From NCBI GenBank assembly GCA_024277895.1, contig JAJRUH010000007.1, positions 2,265 through 66,264 of the forward strand: a DNA stretch of 64,000 nucleotides, in the 5' to 3' direction. This document shows, piece by piece, positions 50,601 through 61,588 of this stretch. Each line of letters starts with the position of its first letter. The first letter of the stretch is position 1. Origin of the DNA: Bacteroidota bacterium. GTDB lineage: Bacteria > Bacteroidota > Bacteroidia > Bacteroidales > JAADGE01. Under the pieces are notes generated by a model that saw nothing but the letters and a program-made list of their open reading frames with translations, did not search any database and was not told the DNA's origin. The translations under genes were made by a program, and so were the position numbers.

Positions 50601-51178
50601 CTAAGTTCATCTTCATTAGGCAGTTCAACTTTTGAAATTTCGTGTGAAGTTCTGAAACCGTCAAAGAAATGTACAAAGGGGATTCGAGTTTTAATAGCTG
50701 CCAAATGAGCTATAGGTGCTATGTCCATAATTTGTTGCGCACTTCCTGTTGCAAGCATAGCAAATCCTGTTTGTCTTACTGCCATAACATCACTGTGGTC
50801 TCCGAAAATTGACAGTGCTTGAGCTGCAATACTTCTTGCTGCTACATGAAAAACAGCAGGTAATAATTCACCGGCAATTTTATACATATTAGGAATCATT
50901 AATAGTAACCCTTGAGATGCCGTAAATGTGGAAGTTAATGCACCGCCTTGCAATGCACCGTGAACAGCACCTGAAGCTCCTCCTTCAGATTGCATTTCCG
51001 TAACGGAAACGGTTTGTCCGAATAAATTTTTTCTGCCGTGAGCTGACCATGTATCAACATATTCTGCCATGTCCGATGACGGAGTAATCGGGTATATAGC
51101 AGCTACTTCGCTGAATAAATATGCAACATGAGCTGCTGCCTGATTACCTTCACAGGTAATGAATTTTTTTTCTGCCAT
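47642..51178 (-). CDS. nifJ: Pyruvate:ferredoxin (flavodoxin) oxidoreductase
   Basis: 1178-aa single-chain PFOR with two 4Fe-4S motifs (CIQCNQCAYVCPH, CTGCGSCVDVCP) and TPP-binding GGDGWAYDIG. Confidence 0.95.
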   Translation of the reverse strand: MAEKKFITCEGNQAAAHVAYLFSEVAAIYPITPSSDMAEYVDTWSAHGRKNLFGQTVSVTEMQSEGGASGAVHGALQGGALTSTFTASQGLLLMIPNMYKIAGELLPAVFHVAARSIAAQALSIFGDHSDVMAVRQTGFAMLATGSAQQIMDIAPIAHLAAIKTRIPFVHFFDGFRTSHEISKVELPNEDELSKLIDTKALQKFRNNALTSTAPVTRGSAQNPDIFFQAREASSIFYDPIADVVADYMKEITRITGRPYAPFNYFGAEDAEHIIIAMGSVTQTIKEVVEHLNAQGKKVGVMVVHLYRPFSAKYFMNALPKSVKKITVLDRTKEPGANGEPLYLDVVELFKNDKNAPEIVGGRYGLSSKDTTPAMMISVYENMERNEPKHQFTVGIVDDIKFSNLPILPEISTVHKGTFEGKFYGLGADGTVGANKNSIKIIGDSTDKYVQGYFAYDSKKSGGITISHLRFGDNIIRSTYLVKQPDFVACSTPAYLYKYDMLEGIKKGGSFLLNSTWSVEETKNRLPESYKKVMAEKNINFYIINATKIAHEIGLGNRTNTIMQSAFFKVSEVIPYDFAVEQMKAAIKKSYGKKGDKIVNMNYEAVDQGGNAITKIEVPSEWKSLKGEAKYGIERGDDVPDYIKNIMDPINALKGDELPVSVFKGIEDGTMPAGTAQYEKRGVATEVPKWIAQNCIQCNQCAYVCPHACIRPFLADDEEVKNAPEGTEFIKGIGKTKEYNYRIQVSTLDCTGCGSCVDVCPSKEKSLVMVALDDEQRAEDIKWNYLHHKVGYKDTVVEKEKTIKNSQFAQPLFEFSGACAGCGETPYIKLVTQLYGDSMTIANATGCSSIYGASAPATPYTTNNLGEGPAWANSLFEDNAEFGLGIALANKKQREIITNMMNVAVEKGIAPETKAAFEEWISVKDKSQESKTVAPKVIEALEKEKCDCVKDILGLKKYLVNQSMWIVGGDGWAYDIGYGGLDHVLASGENVNVLVLDTEVYSNTGGQSSKATPTAAIAKFAASGKKIRKKDLGAISMTYGYIYVAQISMGANQSQTFKAIKEAEAYPGPSLIIAYSPCIAHGLKAGMNRVMNEEKMAVESGYWNLYRFNPQLEAEGKNPFILDSKPPKYELFKEFLLGEVRFNSLYKLFPEHADELFAAAEENAKWRFNYYKRLAEMEY

Positions 51179-51220
51179 AATATTTAAGTTTTAATAAAAT
51201 TCAAAATTATTTTTAATCTG

Positions 51221-51228
51221 CAAATTTA
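51221..51228 (-). promoter_or_regulatory. -7 promoter box (TAAATTTG) for nifJ
   Basis: Plus-strand CAAATTTA lies about 43 nt upstream of the nifJ ATG (51178). Confidence 0.45.
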
Positions 51229-51628
51229 GAATAAGTTTAGTTAAATAGCTATATGTTTTATCAAAAATTGGAGTTCTTTTATTTTTTCTTCTGTAATCTA
51301 AAGATAATCAGGGATATATTTTAGTATGATGATTTAATGTTCTTCAACAGGAAAAATTATTTCTGAATAATTGAGTAATTTATAATAAAGAATATTGGGA
51401 ATTACAAATTAAGAACTCCCTAAGCCTGATAATCAAATGACTATACGCCTCTTTAAATGTTTTTGCAGGAAAAAATATCAAAAATCAGTTTCTTATCTTT
51501 AATTTAAAAAACGGTAAAATGTGCGGTAATAATTTTTTTGATCAAAAAAAACTTTCCTAAAAAGATGTGTTTTTCAACTTTAGAATATTCAACCTGTTAT
51601 ATTGTTTGATAAGTACGCAAATAAGTTT

Positions 51629-51652
51629 TAATAAAGAAATATTTCTTTATTA
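51629..51652. promoter_or_regulatory. 24-bp perfect palindrome TAATAAAGAAATATTTCTTTATTA (candidate Rex operator 1)
   Basis: Perfect dyad around the -35 region of the predicted rex promoter. The core GAA-N4-TTC has the spacing of canonical Rex boxes (TTGTGAA-N4-TTCACAA). Confidence 0.4.
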
Positions 51653-51664
51653 AGAAAAATAGCT

Positions 51665-51672
51665 TATATTTG
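51665..51672 (+). promoter_or_regulatory. -7 promoter box (TATATTTG) for rex
   Basis: TAnnTTTG match 32 nt upstream of the rex ATG (51704), bracketed by two copies of a palindrome. Confidence 0.5.
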
Positions 51673-51685
51673 TATAAAATTAATT

Positions 51686-51701
51686 AGAGAAATATTTCTT
51701 T
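51686..51701. promoter_or_regulatory. Second copy of the palindrome core AGAGAAATATTTCTTT (candidate Rex operator 2)
   Basis: It matches the core of the first palindrome at 15 of 16 positions. It lies between the predicted start site and the rex ATG. Confidence 0.4.
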
Positions 51702-51703
51702 AT

Positions 51704-52378
51704 ATGAAAAATACTAAAGATAATAAAGCATCAGGAATACCTGTACCGACAATAAGGCGGTTACCATTGTATCATTCTTTTTTATTAACTATAAAAAATA
51801 AGGAAAGGAAATATATTTCGGCACCGGATATTGCAAATGAACTGCAGATTGATCCGACTCAAATAATAAAAGATTTTTCATATCTAAATGTAAAAGGAAA
51901 AACAAAAGTTGGTTATGTAACATCTGTTTTAATAAAAATCTTAGAGGAATTTTTGGGCTATCATATTTCAAGAAAAGCTTTCATAGTAGGTATCGGGAAT
52001 CTTGGTTCAGCACTAATAAAGTATCACAGATTTCACAATGAAGGAATGGAGATTACAGCAGGTTTTGATATTAATCCCGAGATAATAAATACTAAAACAA
52101 ATAATTTAAAACTATTTCATATAGATCAGTTTCAAGAAAAGATTAATGAAACACCTGTCGATATCGGAATAATAGTTGTTCCTGCAGACCAAGCACAAAA
52201 AATAGCCGATTTAATGATTAAAAGTGGTGTGAAAGCGATTTGGAATTTCTCCGGAACTCCGCTTTCTGCTCCGGATAATATAATTATTGAAAATACCTCG
52301 ATAGACTCCGGCTTGGCAATGATTAAATGGAAATTACATGAAAATAAACCTTTAATATATAAAAACAGAATGCTTTAG
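51704..52378 (+). CDS. rex: Redox-sensing transcriptional repressor Rex
   Basis: 224 aa with an N-terminal winged helix (IPVPTIRRLPLYH) and Rossmann motif GIGNLGSAL. It is divergent from nifJ. Confidence 0.88.
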   Translation: MKNTKDNKASGIPVPTIRRLPLYHSFLLTIKNKERKYISAPDIANELQIDPTQIIKDFSYLNVKGKTKVGYVTSVLIKILEEFLGYHISRKAFIVGIGNLGSALIKYHRFHNEGMEITAGFDINPEIINTKTNNLKLFHIDQFQEKINETPVDIGIIVVPADQAQKIADLMIKSGVKAIWNFSGTPLSAPDNIIIENTSIDSGLAMIKWKLHENKPLIYKNRML

Positions 52379-52410
52379 ATTGAACTTAATTTACTATAAA
52401 AAATAAAAAT

Positions 52411-53553
52411 ATGAAACTACTTAACAAAATTTTATTAGCAGTCGATTTTAGAAATTCATCTGATAATATTGTGGATAATGCAATAAGAATAGGAAGAGTA
52501 TTTTCATCTGAAATTATTCTTATTCATGTTTTAGATGACGATATTCAAGACAAAAAAATTAAATTATTACTCAACGAAGCAGTTATAAAGCGATTGAAAA
52601 TTATTAAAAATAAAATTGAAAGTGAAGGCATTAAAACCGGCGAACCCATTTTGGAATTCGGCAGTTTCTATGAAAAAATAAGTAAAACTGCAGATAATAT
52701 AAATGCTAATATCATAATTATCGGATCGGCTGAAAAATTAAAAGGTGATGTTTTTAAATTGGGTATAACTGCCGAAAAAATTATCAGAAAAAGTGACAAG
52801 CCTGTATGGGTAATAAAGGAAGATATTCCTTTAACCGTAAAAAATATTCTTTGTCCTGTTGATTTTTCACGTCATTCTAAACGAGCTCTTAAAAATGCGA
52901 TTACAATAGCTCGCAGGTTTAATGCAAAGCTCATTATTTTTAATGTTGCCAAAGATGTATCCGTTGTCCCGCTTAAACTAAATTTTAATTTGGATAAAGA
53001 AAATGAAAGAGTAATGTCAACACATGTAAAAATGTTAGATTCGTTCTTAAAAGATTTTACTTTAACTGATTTAAACCGGCGTAAAGAAATCCGAAGAGGT
53101 GATCCGGCAACAGAAATACTAAAAGCAATTTCAAAATACAAAATTGATTTGCTCATAATGGGATCAACAGGAAAATCAGGTTTAAGCAAAATGATTATGG
53201 GCAGTGTAACCGAAAAAGTTATAAGAGAAGTCCGCTGCTCATTTATCACACTTAAATCTGAAAATATTATTGATTTGCAATTAGAAAATGAAATTCAAGA
53301 TATTGAAAGCCATTTTAATATTGCAGGTCAACTTGTAAATGACGGGTTTTTTAAAGAGGCAATTAATGAGTATAAAATTTGTCTGAATATTAACCATATG
53401 CATATACCGTCATTGATAGCAATTTCAAAAATTTATAAAAAATCAGATAATCCGGAGAAAGCAGAAAAATATAAAAATATGGCTGATGATGTCCTGAAGA
53501 TAACATTAAACAGGAAAATTGAAGCTGAAATTCGCAAATCTTATAAATTCTGA
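52411..53553 (+). CDS. Tandem universal stress protein (2 x Usp) with C-terminal TPR-like tail
   Basis: 380 aa with two UspA-like halves (ILLAVDF..., ILCPVDFS...GSTGKSGL..MIMGSVTEKVIRE). A helical repeat tail follows. Confidence 0.75.
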   Translation: MKLLNKILLAVDFRNSSDNIVDNAIRIGRVFSSEIILIHVLDDDIQDKKIKLLLNEAVIKRLKIIKNKIESEGIKTGEPILEFGSFYEKISKTADNINANIIIIGSAEKLKGDVFKLGITAEKIIRKSDKPVWVIKEDIPLTVKNILCPVDFSRHSKRALKNAITIARRFNAKLIIFNVAKDVSVVPLKLNFNLDKENERVMSTHVKMLDSFLKDFTLTDLNRRKEIRRGDPATEILKAISKYKIDLLIMGSTGKSGLSKMIMGSVTEKVIREVRCSFITLKSENIIDLQLENEIQDIESHFNIAGQLVNDGFFKEAINEYKICLNINHMHIPSLIAISKIYKKSDNPEKAEKYKNMADDVLKITLNRKIEAEIRKSYKF

Positions 53554-53680
53554 ATTAACACAGGAAAAGCAAAAAATAATTGCGGAATTGAAAAAAAGTG
53601 TTGAATAAACAGAAAAAATCGTCTTAACATAAAGATTTAAAGAGAATCAGAGGATACGATAAAATATTAAAGAAATTATT

Positions 53681-54295
53681 ATGACATCAAAAGTTCTTGA
53701 ATTAACAGAAAAAATATACAAAGAAGGCGTTGTAAAAGCAATAAATGAAGCTGAAAGAATTATTTCTGATGCCGAAATTAAAGCTTCTGAAATTGTTAAT
53801 AAAGCAAATAATAAAGAAAAAGAGATAATTGAAAATGCTGAAAAGAAAGCATTAGAAATAAAAAGGAATTCGGAAGCAGAAATGAAATTATCAGCAAAAC
53901 AAGCAATAAGCAATTTAAAACAACAAATTACCGAACTCGTTATAAACAAACAAGTTGAAGCTCCTGTTAAAAATGCTTTTAAAGATACCGAATTTGTAAA
54001 AAATTTAATTCATACACTTATAAAAAATTGGAATCCGCAAAAACCCGAAGAATTAGATATCAACTTGTTACTTCCGCAAAAGGATAAAAAAAAATTTGAA
54101 AGTTTTTTTGAAAATAATATGAAACAAAACTTAAACTCAGGGTTTGAAATTAATTTTGATACAAATATCAAAAGCGGGTTTAGAATAGGACCGAAAAACG
54201 GAAACTATATTATAAATTTTACTGATAAAGATTTTGAAAATTATTTCAAAAATTACATCAAAAGGAAAACAAAACAAATACTGTTTGAATTATAA
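53681..54295 (+). CDS. V-type ATPase subunit E
   Basis: 204 aa with a long N-terminal charged helix and a globular C-terminus. It is the first gene of the V-ATPase operon. Confidence 0.7.
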   Translation: MTSKVLELTEKIYKEGVVKAINEAERIISDAEIKASEIVNKANNKEKEIIENAEKKALEIKRNSEAEMKLSAKQAISNLKQQITELVINKQVEAPVKNAFKDTEFVKNLIHTLIKNWNPQKPEELDINLLLPQKDKKKFESFFENNMKQNLNSGFEINFDTNIKSGFRIGPKNGNYIINFTDKDFENYFKNYIKRKTKQILFEL

Positions 54296-54334
54296 GCAAT
54301 AAAGAATCAATCATAAACAGTCAATTAAAAAACA

Positions 54335-55156
54335 ATGTTAAAAACAAATTATTTTTGTCTGATTGCAGGATTACCGGACATAATTATTCCTGAAACAAAA
54401 TCACTTGTTTCGTGTCAAGAATTTAAACTTGAACTTTCCGAGCAATTAAAACCTGATGATTATAAATTAGCAGAAATGCTGTATTTTAAATATGATAACG
54501 AAAATTTGTTAAATATTATTCATAAAAAAAATGAACCCTTTAATCTTCTCGGAAAATATACACAAGAAGAACTCGAAGAGCAAATAGAAGAGCCTACATA
54601 TATTGTTGATTATCTAAAACAGTTTATTACCGAATTTAAAACAGAAAAGACACAAGTTCCGGATTTTAATCGAGAAAACAAATTACAAACTTTGTTTTTT
54701 GATTTTGTTATGCAAACAAAAAACGAGTTCTTGAAAAAGTGGTTTGAATTTGATATGAATATAAAAAATATTTTAACAGCTATTAATTGTCGCAAATACA
54801 ACTATAATATTAAAAATCAGCTTATTAAAATAAAGAGCGGAAATGAAGTTTATGAAAATCTTATTAAAGAAATACCCAAGCCGGATTTACTTTCAGACCA
54901 AGTTATCTATGCCGAACAAGTTTTGAAAATAGCTGAATCAGACGAAAGTTTAACACGAAAAGAAAACGCAACAGATATGCTGAAATTGAAGTTTCTTGAA
55001 GAATTTACATTTTTTAAATATTTTAATATCGAAAAAATATTAGCATTTATTATCGTATTGAATATCGCTGAAAGATGGTTACAGTTTGATAATAAAACCG
55101 GCAAAAATAAATTTAATTTTCAATTGCTGATTGATAATATTATGATTTATAAATAA
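54335..55156 (+). CDS. DUF2764-family protein (V-ATPase subunit C-like position)
   Basis: 273 aa occupying the E-[DUF2764]-A slot that I recall as typical of Bacteroidetes V-ATPase operons. The call rests on position and pattern. Confidence 0.65.
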   Translation: MLKTNYFCLIAGLPDIIIPETKSLVSCQEFKLELSEQLKPDDYKLAEMLYFKYDNENLLNIIHKKNEPFNLLGKYTQEELEEQIEEPTYIVDYLKQFITEFKTEKTQVPDFNRENKLQTLFFDFVMQTKNEFLKKWFEFDMNIKNILTAINCRKYNYNIKNQLIKIKSGNEVYENLIKEIPKPDLLSDQVIYAEQVLKIAESDESLTRKENATDMLKLKFLEEFTFFKYFNIEKILAFIIVLNIAERWLQFDNKTGKNKFNFQLLIDNIMIYK

Positions 55157-55242
55157 AATATTCAAAAATCCTGTCGGACGTTTTAACATCGTATAAATTT
55201 TCTTGAATGTCAGTAAGAAAATCAAAATTTAACAAGATAAAA

Positions 55243-56994
55243 ATGAATACAAAAGGAAAAGTAAAAGGAATTATTGCAAACCTCGTAATTGTAGAAGCCG
55301 ACGGACCGGTTTCGCAAAACGAAATTTGTTATATTATTATGTACGATGTAAAATTAATGGCTGAAGTAATTAAAATTACAGGTAATAATGCTTATATACA
55401 AGTATTTGAAAGTACAAGAGGTTTAAAAGTAAATACAATTGTTGAATTTACGGGACATATGTTAGAAGCAACTCTCGGACCGGGTATTTTGTCGAAAAAT
55501 TTTGACGGATTACAACACGATCTTGACAAAATGGAAGGTATTTTCCTTAAAAAAGGTGATTACGCACCGGCACTCGAAGATGATAAACTTTGGGAGTTTA
55601 AACCGATTTCTGACATAGGAGATATTGTTATTCCGGGTTCTTGGTTGGGCGAGGTAAAAGAAAATTGGATGCCTCATAAAATTATGGTCCCTTTTAAATT
55701 CCAAGGCAAATATTCAGTTAAAAGTATTGCAGCAGCCGGCAAATATTCAATTAATGATACTATTGCCGTTCTGTACGACAGCAACAAAAATGAAATACCG
55801 ATAACCATGGTTCAGAAATGGCCCGTAAAAATTCCGATAAAAGCATACAAAAAAAAACCGCGCCCGTTCAAACTAATGGAAACAGGCATAAGAGTAATTG
55901 ACAGCTTAAATCCTATTGTTGAAGGAGGAACCGGATTTATTCCCGGACCTTTCGGAACCGGGAAAACGGTATTGCAACACGCCTTGTCAAAACAAGCCGA
56001 AGCCGATATGATTATAATAGCAGCCTGTGGTGAACGAGCAAATGAAGTAGTGGAAATATTTGCCGAGTTTCCGAAATTAGACGACCCCAGAACCGGACGA
56101 AAACTAACGGAAAGAACAACTATAATTGCTAATACCTCGAACATGCCGGTCGCAGCTCGTGAAGCATCTGTTTATACAGCTATGACAATTGCAGAATATT
56201 ACAGGTCGATGGGGCTGAAAATTCTTTTACTTGCCGATTCAACTTCAAGGTGGGCACAAGCACTTCGAGAAATGTCGAACAGAATGGAAGAATTGCCGGG
56301 ACCTGACGCATTCCCGATGGATTTACCGGCAATTATATCTAACTTTTATGCACGGGCAGGTTTTGTTTATCTTAATAACGGAAAATCCGGTTCTGTTACT
56401 TTTATCGGAACGGTTTCGCCCGCAGGCGGCAACTTAAAAGAACCTGTTACCGAATCAACCAAAAAAGTTGCACGTTGTTTTTACGCATTATCGCAAGAAC
56501 GAGCCGACAGTAAAAGATACCCCGCAATTGAAGCTGTTGACAGTTATTCCAAATACATAGAATATCCTGAATTACAAAAATATATAAAAGAAAATATTTC
56601 GGAGAAATGGGTCGATAATATTATGCTTGCTAAAAACATATTAATCAGAGGAAAAGAAACTTACGAGCAAATTAATATACTCGGTAATGACAGTGTACCT
56701 GTTGATTATCATCAACAATTTTGGAAATCAGAAGTTGTTGACTTCGTAATACTTCAACAAGATGCTTTTGACACTGTTGATGCTTCAACTCCTATTGAGA
56801 GGCAACAGTATATGATGGAAAAAGTACTCAATATTTATCGTCTGAATTTCAAATTTGAATCTTTCGAAGAAGTAAACCCCTATTTTAAAAGAATAATTAA
56901 TACTTGTAAGCAAATGAATTATTCGAAATATAAATCAAAAAAATTTAAAATATTTGAAACAGAATTAGAAGAAATTATTCAAGAACGAACATAA
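55243..56994 (+). CDS. V-type ATPase catalytic subunit A
   Basis: The ORF opens at 55207, but the likely start is the ATG at 55243 (MNTKGKVKG). Walker A GPFGTGKT is present. Confidence 0.93.
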   Translation: MNTKGKVKGIIANLVIVEADGPVSQNEICYIIMYDVKLMAEVIKITGNNAYIQVFESTRGLKVNTIVEFTGHMLEATLGPGILSKNFDGLQHDLDKMEGIFLKKGDYAPALEDDKLWEFKPISDIGDIVIPGSWLGEVKENWMPHKIMVPFKFQGKYSVKSIAAAGKYSINDTIAVLYDSNKNEIPITMVQKWPVKIPIKAYKKKPRPFKLMETGIRVIDSLNPIVEGGTGFIPGPFGTGKTVLQHALSKQAEADMIIIAACGERANEVVEIFAEFPKLDDPRTGRKLTERTTIIANTSNMPVAAREASVYTAMTIAEYYRSMGLKILLLADSTSRWAQALREMSNRMEELPGPDAFPMDLPAIISNFYARAGFVYLNNGKSGSVTFIGTVSPAGGNLKEPVTESTKKVARCFYALSQERADSKRYPAIEAVDSYSKYIEYPELQKYIKENISEKWVDNIMLAKNILIRGKETYEQINILGNDSVPVDYHQQFWKSEVVDFVILQQDAFDTVDASTPIERQQYMMEKVLNIYRLNFKFESFEEVNPYFKRIINTCKQMNYSKYKSKKFKIFETELEEIIQERT

Positions 56995-57012
56995 ATCGCT
57001 AATTAAAACAAT

Positions 57013-58332
57013 ATGCAAACATCAGCTTTTCAAAAAATTTATACAAAAATAAATAATATTACAAAAGCAACTTGCTCGTTACATGCCGACGGCGTAGGTT
57101 ATGAAGAAACAGCAACTGTAAACGGCAAATTGGCACAAGTAGTTAAGATTCAAGGTAATTTGATAACTCTGCAAATATTTTCCGGAACAGAAGGTATCCC
57201 CACAAATGCAGAAGTAATATTTTCAGGACATGCACCGATATTATCGGTAAGTGATGAATTAAGCGGACGGTTTTTCAATGCTCACGGACAGCCTATTGAC
57301 GGAGGTCCGGAAATTGACGGAAAACCTGTTGAAATCGGAGGTCCTTCCGTAAATCCGGTAAGAAGAAAACAGCCGTCTGAACTTATTGCTACCGGAATAG
57401 CCGGAATCGACCTGAATAATACACTTGTTACAGGACAAAAAATACCGTTTTTCGCCGACCCCGACCAACCTTATAATCAGATAATGGCAATGGTGGCACT
57501 CAGAGCTAAAGCTGATAAAATAATACTTGGAGGTATGGGACTTACAGACGATGATTATTTGTTCTTTAAAAATGTGTTTGAAAATGCAGGTGCAACAGAC
57601 AGAATTGTAAGCTTTGTTAACACAACCGAAGATCCGCCGGTTGAAAGATTACTTGTTCCGGATATGGCTCTTACGGCAGCAGAATATTTTGCAACAGAAA
57701 AAAATCAAAATGTTTTAGTTCTGTTAACAGATATGACACTTTATGCCGATGCTTTAAGTATTGTATCAAATCGTATGGATCAGATACCTTCTAAAGACAG
57801 TATGCCGGGTTCACTGTACAGCGATTTGGCAAGACTTTACGAAAAAGCTGTACAGTTTCCGACCGGAGGTTCTGTTACAATTATTGCAGTTACAACATTA
57901 TCCGGCGGAGATATTACTCATGCAATTCCCGATAATACAGGTTATATAACTGAAGGGCAACTGTTCTTAAGAAAAGATTCTGATATAGGAAAAGTAATTA
58001 TTGACCCCTTCAGAAGTTTGTCAAGGTTAAAGCAGCTCGTAATAGGCAAAAAAACCGGAGAGGACCACCCGCAAGTTATGAACACGGCTGTCAGACTTTT
58101 TGCCGATGCAGCAAATGCTAAAACAAAGTCAGAAAATGGTTTTGACCTGACTGACTATGACCAAAGAACTCTGAAATTTGCTAAAGAATATTCTAATCAA
58201 CTTCTTGCTGTTGATATAAATATCGAAATTGAAGAAATGATTAATACAGGATGGAAACTATTTAATAAATATTTTACAAAATCAGAAATAGGAATTAAAG
58301 ACGAAATTTATGAAAAATACGGAAATTTATAA
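57013..58332 (+). CDS. V-type ATPase subunit B
   Basis: 439 aa of canonical V/A-type B subunit sequence (no P-loop lysine motif; PGSLYSDLARLYE). Confidence 0.93.
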   Translation: MQTSAFQKIYTKINNITKATCSLHADGVGYEETATVNGKLAQVVKIQGNLITLQIFSGTEGIPTNAEVIFSGHAPILSVSDELSGRFFNAHGQPIDGGPEIDGKPVEIGGPSVNPVRRKQPSELIATGIAGIDLNNTLVTGQKIPFFADPDQPYNQIMAMVALRAKADKIILGGMGLTDDDYLFFKNVFENAGATDRIVSFVNTTEDPPVERLLVPDMALTAAEYFATEKNQNVLVLLTDMTLYADALSIVSNRMDQIPSKDSMPGSLYSDLARLYEKAVQFPTGGSVTIIAVTTLSGGDITHAIPDNTGYITEGQLFLRKDSDIGKVIIDPFRSLSRLKQLVIGKKTGEDHPQVMNTAVRLFADAANAKTKSENGFDLTDYDQRTLKFAKEYSNQLLAVDINIEIEEMINTGWKLFNKYFTKSEIGIKDEIYEKYGNL

Positions 58333-58423
58333 AATTAAATCAAATGCTCCGAGAAAATTACAGCGAAGTAAATATTCAGTATAATTTATTTGAAAATAAA
58401 AACAAGAAATGATATTCTGAAAT

Positions 58424-59025
58424 ATGAACATAAAATTCCAATATAATAAGATTGCACTACAAAACTTAGACAAGCAATTGCAAATAAGACTTAAAGCTTT
58501 GCCTACAATTAAAAATAAGGAAGCAGCATTACGTACGGAAGTTAAAAATGCAAAAGATAAAACAAAAGAATTGCAGCAAAAGTTAGATCAGAAGACAGAT
58601 ATTTTTAATGCTGAATCCGGTATTTGGAATGAATTTAATCCTGACCTGATAAAAATTGATAAAGTTATTACAACTACAAAAAAAATAGCCGGTATACCAA
58701 TAAAGATTTTTCAAGACGTTGTTTTTCATCAAAAGGAATTTAGTTTGTTTAATAAACCAAAATGGTTTCCGCAGGGAATTTTTATAGTAAAAGAATTAGC
58801 AAAAATCGCAACTGAAAAAGAAATCTTTCAACAAAAAATGATATCGCTTGACCATGCAAGAAAAAAAACAACACAGAAAGTAAATTTGTACGAAAAAGTT
58901 CAAATACCCGGATATGAAAATGCGATAAGAAAAATTAAACGATTTTTAGAAGACGAGGAAAACTTATCAAAATCGGCACAAAAAATTGTAAAAAATCGTC
59001 GTCAAAAACAGGAGGAGGAAAGTCA

Positions 59026-59032
<7 letters not shown>
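58424..59032 (+). CDS. V-type ATPase subunit D
   Basis: 202 aa, coiled-coil rich, in the correct operon position. It overlaps the subunit I start by 7 nt. Confidence 0.85.
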
Positions 59033-61330
<2,298 letters not shown>

Positions 61331-61588
61331 CCGTAAAATCGGTATTTGATTCGGAATGTTCAAGTTCGAGACATATGAAATATTGAAAATAAAGAAGAAA
61401 TCGGACATTAAGGATAAACATTGCTGAAATATTTGAATAAGGCATTACAAGCAATTTTTTTAAAGAGCCCTTTGCGATTCTCTGAAGAACCTTTTTTGTA
61501 ATACAAAGCTTTTTAAGTATTGTTTCATTTATAACATATTGCCGGCATTAATTAAAAGCCTGTTTCAATAAAATAATTTACAATATTT

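Noticed and set aside
61331-61588. Riboswitch upstream of the AbgT transporter gene
   Set aside because: I see only a loose hairpin (ATTGCT...AGCAAT followed by a T-run, near 61425-61470). It is better explained as the V-ATPase operon terminator. No conserved riboswitch core was recognised.
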